The notes beneath the pieces were generated by a model that worked only from the letters and a program-made list of their open reading frames with translations, was not told the origin of the DNA and ran no database searches. This document shows, in pieces, positions 50,465 through 62,975 of a stretch of 64,000 nucleotides of DNA (within the stretch, counting starts at the first letter, position 1; each line of letters opens with the position of its first letter). The stretch is taken from contig JAUZTB010000088.1 of the NCBI GenBank assembly GCA_034780895.1, positions 336,274-400,273 on the forward strand. Direction: 5' to 3'. The DNA is from Rhynchobatus australiae (taxonomy: Eukaryota). The position numbers and the translations under genes were made by a program.

Positions 50465-53060
50465 TTGTTGTCACCCTGTTATAGGAAAAGCACAGTCAAG
50501 CTGGAGATGGTGCCGGAGAGATTTACGAGGACGCTGCCTGGACCAGAGCGCCTGAGTCACAAGGAGAGGTTGGCCACCTGGCTCTTTATTCCCTGGACCG
50601 CAGGGGACTGAGGGGTGACCTCATCGAAGTTAATGAAATCATCAGGGGTGTGGATAAGGTGGGCAGTCATAGTCTTTTCACCCAGGGTAGGAGAAACCAA
50701 AACTAGAGGGCACAGACACAAGATAAGCGGAGTGAGATTGAAATGAGAACTGACAAATAACCTCTTTACACAGAGAGCAGTGTGTTACCTGGATGAGCTG
50801 CCAGAGGACGTTGTTTAGAAGGATACAGTTGCAACACTTCAGAGCGCTTTGGATGCGGGATGGGCTTGTAGGGTTATGGGGCGAACGCGGACAACTGGGA
50901 CTAGCAGACAGGATGCTGTAGTCGATATGGATCAGTTGGGCCGATTGGCCTGTTTTCGTGCAATATTATTCCGTGACTCCACGCCCCCTGCCTTCCGTTC
51001 ATCACAACCCCGCTCCTCCCGACAGCTCGCTCTCCCTCCCTCTCTCTTCCCACCCTTCCTCCTTCCATCTCCCTTCTCCAGCGCTCCAAGATCAATTTTG
51101 TTGCTCGGGGATCTGTGAACTGTTCTCTGTTCTTTTTCACACATCGTTTGCACATGGATGAATATGTAGATGGATGGGATAAAATTGTGCAGATGACACA
51201 ATGATTGGTGGCGTTCTCGGCAGTGCAGACCGCTGTAAACGAATAGAGAGGGATACAGATCAGTTGCAGAGAAAGGCGGATAAATTGCAGATCAGGTTTA
51301 ATCCGGGCAAGTGGGAGGTTTTGCACTGTGGGAGGGGAAAGTACACAGTTAATGGTCAGAAACTTCGCGGCACTGATGTACAGAGTAATATTCGAATTCA
51401 AGTGCAAAGTTTCCTGAAAGTGGCCACGCAATCATACAGGGTGCTAAAGAAGCCGTACGGCATGGTAACATTCAAAGCGGGGCGGTGAGTAAAAATGTTT
51501 GAAAGTCATGTTGATGCTGTTTTCAACATCAGCTGTGTCGCATTTAGAGGATTGTGTTCTGTTCTGTAGGTCTCACAATGGGGTCGACGTGGCCTCTTTG
51601 CAGATGGTGCAGAAGATTTTAGCCAGAATGTTGCCTGGATTGGAGAGCAATCGCGACAAACAGAGGCTGGACAAAATTAGACTGTTTTCTCTGGAGTTTT
51701 TCAGGCTGAAAGGAGAGCTGATAGAAATGCCTCAATTTAGGAGAGGCAAATATAATCCAAATAGTCAGAGTCTTTATCCGAGTCTGAAAGTACCAAATGA
51801 TGAAGGAAATAATTCCCCATACCCTGAAGAGATAAACCGCATGTTATTGAAAGAGGCAAGAGCTGAGATTGAAGAAGCTTTGATCAAGATCTTCTGGTCC
51901 ACACCAGCACATGTAATGGCGAGGTGTTAATGTTGTTCTGGAAGTCAAGAACTGAAATAGGGATATTCCTGGAAACGAAAGACCGGTGAGTCTCACGTAA
52001 GTGGTAGGGAAGTGATTGGAGAGGATAATTCGGGATGGAATTTATGAGCATCTGTGAAACCGAAGCTTAACTGGGATCAGACATTTTGGCTTTGTACGGG
52101 GCAACACAAGTCTACGAAGTTGATTAAGTACTTGAAGGAGGTGATGAAGTTCGTTGATGAAGGTAGGGATGTGGATGTTCTCTTCATAGATTTTACTAAG
52201 ACGTTTTGGAAGGTCCCTCATTGTCGACTCATCAAGAAGATTACGTGGCCTTGAATTCACGGTGAGCTGGCCGTTTTGATTCAGAATTGGATTGCCCACA
52301 ACAGTCAGAGGGTAGTGGTCAATGGGAATTATTCTGGCTTGAGGTCCTTGCCAACTGGTGTTCCACAGAGATCAGTATGAGGACCTTTGCGATTTGTGAT
52401 GCATCAAAATAGCCTGGATGCAGATGTGGATCGGCGAGTTAGTAATTTCGCAGACGGAACAAAGATTGTTGGTGTTGTAGATAGTGTTAAAGATTGCAAC
52501 AGATACAGGGGATACAGATCTGTAGCAGAGATGTAAAAGTGGCTGTTGGGGTTTAATCCTGCAAATGCGAAGTGTACGCTTTGGGAGATCAAATCTAAAG
52601 AGGCAATACGTTGTGAATGACGTCCTGTAACAGTGATGAAGCACAGAAGGACCTGAGCGTGCAAGTGGCGACCTCCCTGAAGTGGCTGCAGAGGTTGATA
52701 GTGTGGTGAGGAAGGCATGCGGCACGCCGGCCTTCCTGGTACTGGACATGGAATATAAGATGGAACGTGAAGATGCAACCCGCATTCAGAACAGTCTGTG
52801 GGATTCTTGTAACCACAGTGCAAGAGGAATGCGATTCTGCTGGGAAGAGAGCAGATTAAAATCGATGGGATTTTGCCTGGATTGGAGGTGATCGCGGGAG
52901 ATTGGATAAACTGAGCGTCTTTTTCCTGTGAGATGATCTGAAAGAAATCTAACAGATTGTGAGTGGCACCGACAGGATTGATCCCGAAAATATTTGTTGC
53001 ATTGTCGGCCTGTCACAAACAAGGTGCCATCGGTTGAAGGTGAGTAGAAGGGCTTTTCCA
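50465..53060 (+). mobile_element. Nested CR1 fragments
   Basis: Contains DEGRDVDVLFIDFTKTF.KVPH, NFADGTKIVG, QIRFNPGKWEVLHCGR and LKGELIE. Confidence 0.85.
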
Positions 53061-53384
53061 CGGGATCTGATTGGTCATATTTTACATATATTTGGTCCCC
53101 AAATCCATGCCAAAAATAGAAAAATTTGATCCCGCATAATTCCCAAAGTGTCAGTCACCATACTCTGAATCATCCATTCCAGACTGAGCCCTCGTAATGA
53201 CGTCAGATTATATGAATCAAAATTCCCGAATTTCTATCGCCATCCTCGCATCCACAGCAAGGATTCATCTGGATCTTTCACATTGACGAAACTGTTCAAA
53301 GACTTCCGGATCACACGTCCGCACACCATTGGCACTTCAGAGAGATCCCTGACCCTATTGGTCCATCTCCATGAGCAGTAACAA

Positions 53385-53740
53385 TTTGGATTATTATTGT
53401 AACATGTACCAAGGTAGAGTGAAAACACTTGTCTTCCACACAGTCTATTCACATCAATTCCTTACAACAGGAACTTCCAGTAGTACAGGGCAAAACAATA
53501 ACTTAATGTTGTGTTACAGTTACAGAGAAAGTGCAGTGCGGGCAAAATGGTGAAGGTCATAACGACTTCGATTCTGAGGTGGAAGGTCCATCCAACCGTA
53601 CGTGGAAACCGTTCAATAGTCTTGTAACAGCGGGATAGAAGCTGTCCTTCAGCCCGGTGTTACGTGCTTTGAGGCATTTGTATCTTCTTCCCGATGAGAG
53701 GGTGGAGAAGAGTGCAGTACCGGTTGGGTGGGTATAAATC
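53385..53740 (-). mobile_element. Rex1/Babar-type LINE 3' end
   Basis: Reads HPTGTALFSTLSSGRRYKCLKARNTGLKDSFYPAVTRLLN. Confidence 0.75.
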
Positions 53741-54159
53741 CCGGACATCAGCACGCTTTTCCCTCGTTCATTTTCCGTGTTTCTCCAGTCGTCCGGATAC
53801 AAAGGGGTTAACCGTAGATGTTTGTCAGTGATTGTAATTAACGTCAGTCTGTACGGAGCCGATTGAGTCACCAGGGATTTCCCCGCGGTTTTAAAATCTG
53901 TTCCTTTCGATGAAGTCTCACGGTGTCAGTGGGAGCAACCCCTCCGTCACTGACAGAGAGTAGCGGCTACACAGGGGAAGAAGATAATTCAGAAGCTGCG
54001 AACAATAATGTGGGATGTTACATGAACCGATGTAATTTGTAAATAGTAGAGTGTCGAGTTCTGGTCGCCGCTGGGAAACTGGGAACAGTGCAGTGAGGTG
54101 TCACGGGAATCAGGAGTGTGATCTGGAATCTGGAAACAGGAGTGTGGGATGTTACAGCC

Positions 54160-54298
54160 ATGTTCTGGGGTGTTTTCTGGGCTGCGGGATTTATTTTATC
54201 GGATGATCCTTCGATATCCGTAAATGATCGGATCGTCTCTTTACTCATGACTATTCAGCCGGTATATTTTCCGATCCTCGCATTTGTTGCTGTTCCAG
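54160..54298 (+). CDS. Exon 1 of GPR139-like copy G (long-exon-1 subfamily); status unknown
   Basis: Reads MFWGVFWAAGFILSDDPSISVNDRIVSLLMTIQPVYFPILAFVAVP-G|gtaagt. It is 139 nt, phase 1 and open. Confidence 0.75.
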
Positions 54299-55437
54299 GT
54301 AAGTCCCTGTCCAACGATTCGAACAACAAACAGATGAGGAGCAGCGGTCATGAGACCCGGTAACGAGGTCTGCTGGGTGGACTGTTCATGACGTGTTCCG
54401 GTTAATAAAAGCAGAACATCCTTACTGGCTGAGCTGCGGTTGAGGGAGATGCCAGACATGGACCTGGTACGTGTGCGGGGGTCAACGCAGAATGTGGCGT
54501 TTATCTCCGTGTTCCCATCATTCGTTTCTCGAGTTTCTCTTCTCGTGTTGCTGAAACTTCCCCAACTACATTTACGTTTTTTCCATCAACCATTGCTATC
54601 TGCAATGCCGTTCCTGTAATTCACGCTCTCCTCACTGCTGCCGTGTCTGGCGACCCTAGCTGTTAGAACTATCTGCGGCAATCAGTCAACTGATATCGTT
54701 GCACTAATCATGGTCCAATTTCTGTCATAATCCTCTGGTAGATTCCCACCGCCTGAATCCCTCTGCCGGGCACTAAATGCGGATGAATCAGACTGCTCCA
54801 CCGGGGACCTGAGCAAATTTCACCAGTCTCCCGTGTGGCTGCATCATGTTCCCAACCAGTAGCAGGTGATGGCCCCGACACAGGGCGCTGGCTCACAGGT
54901 TACAAAATCGAGGGAGAACCCTCTGCTGATACATCCACAACTGACATAGTCGCTGCATAGAGAGCAGGAAGAGGGACCGGGTCTCCAACCTGCACCGACT
55001 CCGGGTCACAACAAAATGATCAGCGACGCTCTCACAGAGCACTGAGCAATGATCAGGATCAGGAGCCTCGGCTGAATCCGCACAATAACTAGGTCAATAT
55101 ATCACCTCTCCCTCAACCGAAGATCAGATACTGAGGACTTTGATCTTTATTAACAGGAACACGGAATGAATTGTTCACTCGACGTACATCTTCGCCGGAC
55201 CACGCACCCACCACTTCTCACCTGTCTGTTGGTCGAGGTGATGCCGTTATTTTCCAGTTGCTGGTTGATTTCACTGATCTACATTCCCCATCTCCAACAG
55301 ACTACCCCTGTGTGGGGGACAACCACCTCCAACTCTGAATCCAAGAACAGGTTTCTGCATTTGATTTCCCTCTCTGTGAATCTGCTGACGTTGATCCTGC
55401 CCCGCTGTCATGTTTGTGTTTATTTCCCTCCTCACAG

Positions 55438-55476
55438 TGAACGTGCTGACGATTGTGGTCCTGTCGCGGGGAAAGT
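55438..55476 (+). CDS. Start of exon 2 of copy G, cut by an assembly gap
   Basis: After cctcacag it reads (V)NVLTIVVLSRGK, then N x100. The remainder of the exon is absent after the gap. Confidence 0.75.
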
Positions 55477-55779
55477 NNNNNNNNNNNNNNNNNNNNNNNN
55501 NNNNNNNNNNNNNNNNNNNNNNNNNNNNNNNNNNNNNNNNNNNNNNNNNNNNNNNNNNNNNNNNNNNNNNNNNNNNGGTGTTTCCCTAGGAAAGTTCTGA
55601 CCATCTGCTTAATGATCTACATGTTCCCGCACTCGGGCTAGAGGCAAAAGAGGACCAGCGACCATATTAAGAAGACCAGCGGCTACCTTAAAGACACCGA
55701 CAACCATTTTAAACACTGAGCAGACTATGAATAAAAAAAGTGTGCAGTCTATTTTCTACAGTCTCTATTATATATATTC

Positions 55780-55977
55780 TATACCAGGAGCCAAAGTAAA
55801 CACGAAGGTTGTCCAATACTCTGGCAACTAGTGCAAGAGAAACCCTGGTACTTATGCTAGGCCCCTGATGGGGCTCAGATGTGTGTCATTACGCATTCAG
55901 TCCAGCATGGAATCCATGTGCTGTACAACAAGGCACAAAAGCTGCCAAATCAATGGCTGGTACTCAGAACCATGACA
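55780..55977 (-). mobile_element. LTR related to the Gypsy element at 28831-30497 (partial or solo)
   Basis: The reverse complement starts TGTCATGGTTCTGAG and shares ccatgctggactga, tgagcccatcaggggcctagcataagtacc and tactttggctcc with those LTRs. It may extend to the gap at 55577. Confidence 0.8.
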
Positions 55978-56049
55978 CCTTCTTGAGATCTTTTCCAGTT
56001 TCTTTATAATCACTAAGGACTCTGCTTGATTAGAGCTTCCTGAACCTGC

Positions 56050-57235
56050 CATAGAACACAGAACATAGAAGACAGCATAGTACAGGCCCTTCGGCCCACA
56101 TGAGCTGCCGACATTTTATCCTGTTCTAAAATCTATCTAACCCTTCCCTCCCCCATAACCGCCTATGTGTTTATCATTCATGTGTCTATCTAAGAGTCTC
56201 TTATATGTCCATAATCTATCTGCCACCAGTACCTCTAAAGGCAATGCGCTCCACGGACACTCCACTCTCCGTGTAAAAAAAATCTTACTCCTGACATTCC
56301 CCTGAGATCTTCCCCCAATCACCCTAAAATTATGTTCTGTCGTGTTAGCCATTGTCGCCCTGGGTAAAGTTGTGGTCTGTACACTCAATCAATGCCTCTT
56401 GTACACCTCTATCAGGTCACCTCTCATCCCCTTCACTCAAAAGAGAAAAAAACCTCGCTCACTCAACCTCTCATAAGACATGCTCTGCAGTCCATGAAAA
56501 ATCCTGGTAAATCTCCTCTGCAACCTCTCCAAAGCTTCCACACCCTTCCTATAAAGAGGCGACCAAACAGAACACAATACTCCAAGTATGAACCAAATAG
56601 AGTCCATTAGAGCTGTAACATTACCTCGCGTCTCTTGAACGGAAGCCCCGACTAATGAAGGCCAAAACACCATTCGCCTTCCAAGCAACCCGATCGACCT
56701 GCCCTGCAACGTAGAGGGATCTATGCACGTGAACCTGAAGATCCCTCTGTTCCTCCACACTGCTAGAAGACCTTCCATTAACCTTGTATTCTGCCTTCGA
56801 ATTCAATCTCCCGAAGTGTATCACTTCACACATGTTCGTGATGAACTCCATCTGCCACTTCTCAGCCCAGCTCTGCATTCTGTCATTATCCTATTGTAAT
56901 CTACAGCAACTTTCTTACACTATCCACAATACCACTAACCTCTGTATCATCAGCAAACTTACTAACCCACCCTTCCACATCCCATCCAAATCTTATTTAA
57001 AATCACAAAGAGCAGGGCCCCCATAACAGATCCCTGTGGAACACCACTGTTCACCGACCTCCAGGCAGAACACCCTCCATACACCAGCACACGCTGTCTT
57101 CTACGTGCGAGCCAATTCTGAATCCACGCAGCCAAGTTTCCCTGAGTACCGTGCCTATTTACTTTCTGAATAAGTCGAACATGAGGAACCTTACCAAACG
57201 CCTTACTGAAATACGTGTACACCACATAAACTGTT
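56050..57235 (-). mobile_element. CR1 LINE 3' part (RT to tail), relatively young
   Basis: Contains FSKAFGKVPH.RLIQKV, WIQNWLARRRQRV, SGVPQGSV, WAEKWQMEF and an (ttcta)-type tail. Confidence 0.9.
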
Positions 57236-57750
57236 CGACTTCGATCGGAGGACTGGAGTTTGAGGAGATTTGGTATCACATCAGTGGGTCTTGTAAATGT
57301 CTCTGGATGAAGAAGGAGAACATTCGCACTGTTTGCTGTACCGGGGGCTCCAATACACAGGATTAAAAGAGGCTGCAGCGGGTTGTGGAGTCAGCCAGTT
57401 CCATCAGCGGAATAACAACATACCACCCCACCATCGAGGATATTTACAAGAGGCGGTGCCTGAAGAATGCGGCATCCATCACTGAAGCCTCACCATGCGA
57501 GAAATGGCGTTTTCGTTCCAACCATAAAGGAGTATGAAGACCCTCACTCAACGATCCAGGAACGGCTTCTTCCCCGAGATCAGCAGATTTCTGAACGATC
57601 CATGAACGCTATCCGATTGTTGATTAATTTGTACTATATATTTATTTCATAAATACTAGTAGTTTTATGCATTTCAACTGTACTGCTGCGGCAAAACAAC
57701 AAATTGACGGCATAACAGGTGGTGATATGAAGCTGATTCTGATTGTGAAG
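57236..57750 (+). mobile_element. Rex1/Babar-type LINE 3' fragment
   Basis: Reads TIEDIYKRRCLKNAASI and ends with a tail of gctgattctgattg type. Confidence 0.65.
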
Positions 57751-57759
57751 ATGCGTGGG

Positions 57760-58835
57760 ATGCACCTTGACTTGGACGCTCGAATTCAGAAGTGGCTTGC
57801 CCATAGCATACAGAGGGTACTGGTCGATGGTATTTAATCTAGTTGCAGTTTTGTTATTGTCGCTGTTCCCTTGGGACCGTATTGGGACGTCCACTGTTTG
57901 TGATATGTCAAAGTAACCTCGGTGAAAATGCTGATGGGTGAGTTAGTAAGTTCACAGACGATACAGAGATTGGTGGTGTTCTGGATTTTGTAGAAGATTG
58001 ACAAAGGTTACGGTGTTACAGATACGTCAGTTACAGATATGGGCGGAAAATTGTCAGATGGAGTTTAATCCGGCCACATGATGGTTGTTGCACTTTTGGA
58101 GATCAAATATAAAGTGACTGTACCCTGTTAATGGCAAGATCGTCAACAGTGTTGATTGACAGAGATATCTTGGATATCCATAGCTCTCTGAAAGTGGCTG
58201 CACAGGTCCATCGGTTGGCAATAAGACGCATGGCATGTGTCCCTCTAATAGTCTAGGCACTGAGTTCAAGAGTCAGGATGATATGACTCTGCTGTTTGAA
58301 ACTCTGGTCAGGCCGCATCTGGAGTATTATATTCAATTCTGATCGCCCCGTTGCTGGACGGATGTGGAATATTTGAAGAGGGTGCCCAAGTTCCAGGCTG
58401 CTGCTTGGATTAAGGGGCGTGTGCTGCTGGGAGATTTTGGCCAAACTTGGGTTGTATTATCTGGAGCGTCGGAGTTTGAAGGGAGAACTGACAGCAGATT
58501 ATAAGAGTATGAGAGTCACAGATAGAGCAAACAGCCGGTATCTTCTTCCCAGGAAAGATCTGTCTGATACCAAAGTATATGCCTTTCAGGTGAGAGAGGG
58601 CAAATTCAAAGGAGACGTGTGTGGCAGGTGTTTTCACACAAGAGGGTGCTGGGTACCTGGATTGCTCAGTCGGTTGTGGCGTTATGAGGAAAATACGCTT
58701 GGGGCACGTCGATGTACAGAGAATGGAGGATTACGGACATTGTGTTGGCAGAAAAGATCAGGTTGGTTAAGCATTTAAAAACTTCTTTAATTCGTCCGGA
58801 ACAACATCATGGGCGTTCCTGTTCCTGTGCTGTAC
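57760..58835 (+). mobile_element. CR1 fragment
   Basis: Contains SKFTDDTEIGG, LVRPHLEYY.QF and LERRSLKGEL. Confidence 0.8.
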
Positions 58836-59254
58836 CTTGTTTTCCGACCGAGGTCTTTGGATCTATGAATTCACACCTCAAACAGCGTAAAGTAATTCTG
58901 CCGAGAAGAACCGACTTCAGATCATTCAAAGTCAAAGTCAAGGTGAAGTTTATTGTCAGATGCACAACGACACGAACGCACAGCTGCAATGAAGAAACGT
59001 ACTTGCAGTCGCATCACAGGCACATGGGGTGAGATAAGGAGCAGTCTCAAATTGAACAATTTAAACATTAATGAAACACAATTTGTTTAAGGAAAAAAAA
59101 AACTGATTCATAACAAAACAAAGTCAAAGATTTGAGACAATATTCCTTCCAGTTCACAATTCCAGGGCCGATTCTGCCTGTTCAACCCAGTGTGTTTGGA
59201 GTGGGAGAGATAGATTCACCCAGTTTATTTTGATCACATGAATAATCCCGTTTC

Positions 59255-59961
59255 ATACAGGAGTCAAAGCTGAAAAGCCACAACATGATGAAATTCCCCG
59301 ATACGAACAGCAGTAAAAGGAGGGATTTCCTGCGGCTCTAAAAATATGGAGATCTCGGACTTTTCCTTTTGCTCGGACCCCGGAGTCTCTTGCGGGCTCC
59401 GTAAACCAATAAAACGTGCCTGATTGTTGATACATTGAACAGAAGAATGAAGTCAAACAAAATCACAGTGGTCACGGCGGAACGGACAATCGCAATCGCC
59501 GCCCACATGAGAAAAATAATCAACTCGTATCTTTGAACACAAATTCATCGTACATTATCCGAAGTATGAGTGTCTTGGACCATGAAAAATCAGAAAATGT
59601 TCTTTAAATAGCTCAGCGCAGTGACACTCACCAGAACAACAGCCGCAGTTTTCTCGGTGCAATATCTCTTCTTTTTTCAGATTCTGGCAGCAAATCGCCA
59701 AATATCGATCAAAGGTGAAAGTGACGGTGAACCAGACAGAACAGTAGATGACGGCGTAAAGCAGGAGAGTGTGGGTTCTGTGCACGCAGCCGTAATCCAG
59801 GAACGCGAAAGCATCCGGAACAGCAGTCGATATCTTCCTCTGGATCAGGTCCAAGAAAACGACCAGTCGATTCACCGCTGCCATGGCCAACAGGTCGCCT
59901 GTGACGCCCTGAGAGAGACTCTTATTTCTCCGGTGAAGGACTATAATCATCAGCACGTTCA
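59255..59961 (-). pseudogene. Divergent GPR139-like pseudogene copy H (exon 2, TM1-TM6)
   Basis: After tcgcag it reads VNVLMIIVLHRRNKSLSQGVTGDLLAMAAVNRLVV...CSVWFTVTFTFDRYLAICCQNLK/ (frameshift) ...ILLFNVSTIRHVLL..ARKRLRG.../SRRKSL...SGNFIMLW. TM7 was not found and exon 1 was not identified. Confidence 0.85.
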
Positions 59962-62744
59962 CTGCGATCAAGGGAAGAACACGAAATTACACAACTGACA
60001 GAGAGCATCGTTGCATTTACTGAGCATAAAATCAAGTTGTTCCTGAGTTTAGCGACAGGGCGATGGGGAACATTGTATCTTCTGGGTGATTCTGGGCCCA
60101 AGTGTCAACATCGACTCTCAGAGACCTCCCATCAGTTCCATTAACCCACTTATTTTCCTTCACACACCCGTTACTGCGCAAAATTCTCCTGTTACATAAA
60201 TACAATGACGAATTAATCTGCCAGCAGTGCACTTTCCAATTGTTAGAGAAAGACAAAACACCGGTAGAAATACACACGTTAAACGTGAAACAGACAAACA
60301 TTTGCCTCAGAACTCCGTAGGTTCAGACACAGGTTGTCTCCGAGCCTGACCTGGTTGTGAAGCATCCAGGTTTCGTCCTGCTGATCAGTGCACGGTGCGG
60401 GGAAGTCAGAACCGATTCGTGTTCCTATTGATTGATCCGTGACTCTGGCTTTCTGAGGAGCCATCGGCTGGTTTTCCAGCCAGCAGTCCAAGGTAACTTG
60501 CGTATGACTGCCCGTTACATGGGCACTGATCTCGTAATTCACTTCACAAATGTTGAAACTGTGATGAATATATATTGAAGCAACGGTACCATATACTCAA
60601 TCGCTCTTTTTTGTTGTCTTTCTCCCTGTTTAATCTGGGACACTTCCTCGATGTTGCACCTTTCTCCAGTAATTCGATCGTCGCTGCATCTTATTCCAGG
60701 TCAATCAGCAACGACTCACTCATCCATCACATTTCTACCAAGGCACCTTCACCCGAAATTATTTCTCCAGTTCTTGATTTTCCTTCTCCCGCCCTCCCCA
60801 GTACTGCTGCACTGCAATTCCATTCCCCAGGCCTGCACAAACTACGTGCAGTTTTGCTCGCCACAATAGAGGAATGATGTGACAGCGCCGGAGATGGTGA
60901 ACAGTAGATTCACCAGAATGTTGGGCTTTTCCTTTCAGTGGAGAAGCGGTAGAAACTATGTCTAGTTTCTCTGTATTTCAGGAGGTTAATAGGCGACAAG
61001 ATTGAGGTATAAGAAGTTATGAGGAGTCAAGAAAGAGTTGACAGCGGAAAACTGACCACCATATCAGAAGTAGTCAATGTGAGATATAATCCGTGCTCAC
61101 AATCAACATGCCAGAGACAAAGTCGTGGAAACAAGAAAACCATTTATTTACGAGTCTGCAGAGTCGGGTGCCTCTCCCCCTTGNNNNNNNNNNNNNNNNN
61201 NNNNNNNNNNNNNNNNNNNNNNNNNNNNNNNNNNNNNNNNNNNNNNNNNNNNNNNNNNNNNNNNNNNNNNNNNNNNNNNNNNNTTTCACTGTTGCCGATA
61301 GGGGAATATAATTCGGAACTTCCAAGCGGGCGTTATGTTCCGTAATCTTTCCCATGTTCACGTCTGTTTTAGTCTTGGCCGACAAGCGACCCGAGCAGAA
61401 GCAAGTTTTACTGAAAAAAAACTCCGTCTTAAGCAAAAATTGTCCTGCTTTACGTTGGCTGTTGCACATGTGGAGGTGCGGAGCAACAGAGGCGTCTCTG
61501 TCATGTGAAATAAAATTTCTCGAATATGACGACTTCCCTGTGATATATTTTTCGAGGGCGGGTACGTGGAAATGATATTTCCGACATCGAAATTGGTACT
61601 GTTTGGAATCAAGACCGATAAGGGCAGGATATCCGACCTGAGGCTTGCTGTGGACGCTCCACAACTGGGCTGTCCACTTCCGTGTGATTTGCATCAAATA
61701 TATTTTATGACTTGCGATGAGACGTTCCATATAAACGTAAGCCCCTTTATACACTTTAACCAGTTCATTAGTTCATGTCTGTCATGTTACATTTTCTTGA
61801 GGTGCTGATTCCAAGACACTGCCATTAGGGACATGCTGGAGTTCGCATTTGCTGCTTTGTATCAAGGTATTTGTTTGTAAATTGCTTCATTCGTCTGATA
61901 CGTGGATGACCTGTGGAGTTCGGCAGCTGGGAACGCCTTCAGCACTCCGAATTAATTAGTATAGAACTAATTGTGGATACCTCAGTGGCATGAATAATTA
62001 TCGCCGGGGGATTAATTGATCTCGTTTTCCTGAAGGACAAACCCTGCTGTCTTTCATTGGGAAGCATTGGCTCCATCAATAATTTTAATAGGGCTGTCTG
62101 CTTTCCTATTTGAAGGTATTTGGAGATACTTTGAACAGTAATATTTTGGGTTCTCCTGTGGAGCTGCGTGTTGAATTATGTGGGGGTACACATTATGTAC
62201 ATGGAGGATAATGGTGGGCCGAAGGGCCTGTATTGTGCTGTATTGTTCCATGGATACTTCATGCGAACGAGATGCACNNNNNNNNNNNNNNNNNNNNNNN
62301 NNNNNNNNNNNNNNNNNNNNNNNNNNNNNNNNNNNNNNNNNNNNNNNNNNNNNNNNNNNNNNNNNNNNNNNNNNNNNCATTGGAAAGGAGGGTTTTCATT
62401 TCCTCACATTCGATGGAAGTTATTCGACACTCTATTTCAGGATCATCAGTTTTTCATGTTCTCAAAATCTGGACAGGAATGGTTCTTAGCTTTAGTGTCA
62501 AGGAAGTAAGGGTATCACGAGTTAAGTCGGAAAACAGGGATATTTTTTTGAAAGGGGAAGAGTGTCTGTTCGGATTAAAACAGCGCGACAGAACTGTTGT
62601 AGACAGACAGGCTACAGCGATGGACGGTGGCAAATGCTCACAAATTTTATACAATCATTTACTCAAAGTCTAGTCTCACCTCTCCGTGGTCAGCAGCCTC
62701 CTCACCCGCTCAAACTCGATAATGTCTGCAACATTTGAAAGGAG

Positions 62745-62975
62745 GGAAATATAAAGGAGAGAAGGACAGCGCGCGTTGGAGAGGGAGAAACACGTGGGGT
62801 TGGTGTACGGGGAAGCAGAGCGGGAACTGTGCAGAGGGTGAGAGAAAATCTGGGAGATAGGGCGAGAGAGACAGAGGGATGCAGAGAGAGTGAAAGATGA
62901 AGAAAGAGAGACAAAGAGAGAAAGACAGAGAGAATGAAAGAAAGAGAGAATGAAATACAGAGAAAGAAGTGCGTT
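62745..62975. repeat. GA-rich simple repeat
   Basis: A (GA)n/(GAAA)n tract. Confidence 0.8.

Larger units (their letters stand above)
9847..62377. other. Five 100-N assembly gaps (9847-9946, 41811-41910, 55477-55576, 61184-61283, 62278-62377)
   Basis: Uniform 100-N runs indicate placeholder gaps of unknown true size. Confidence 0.95.

Noticed and set aside
61560-61760. Candidate exon 1 for copy H ('GYPALIGL')
   Set aside because: It lacks the VP-G|gtaag donor signature and the similarity is too weak.
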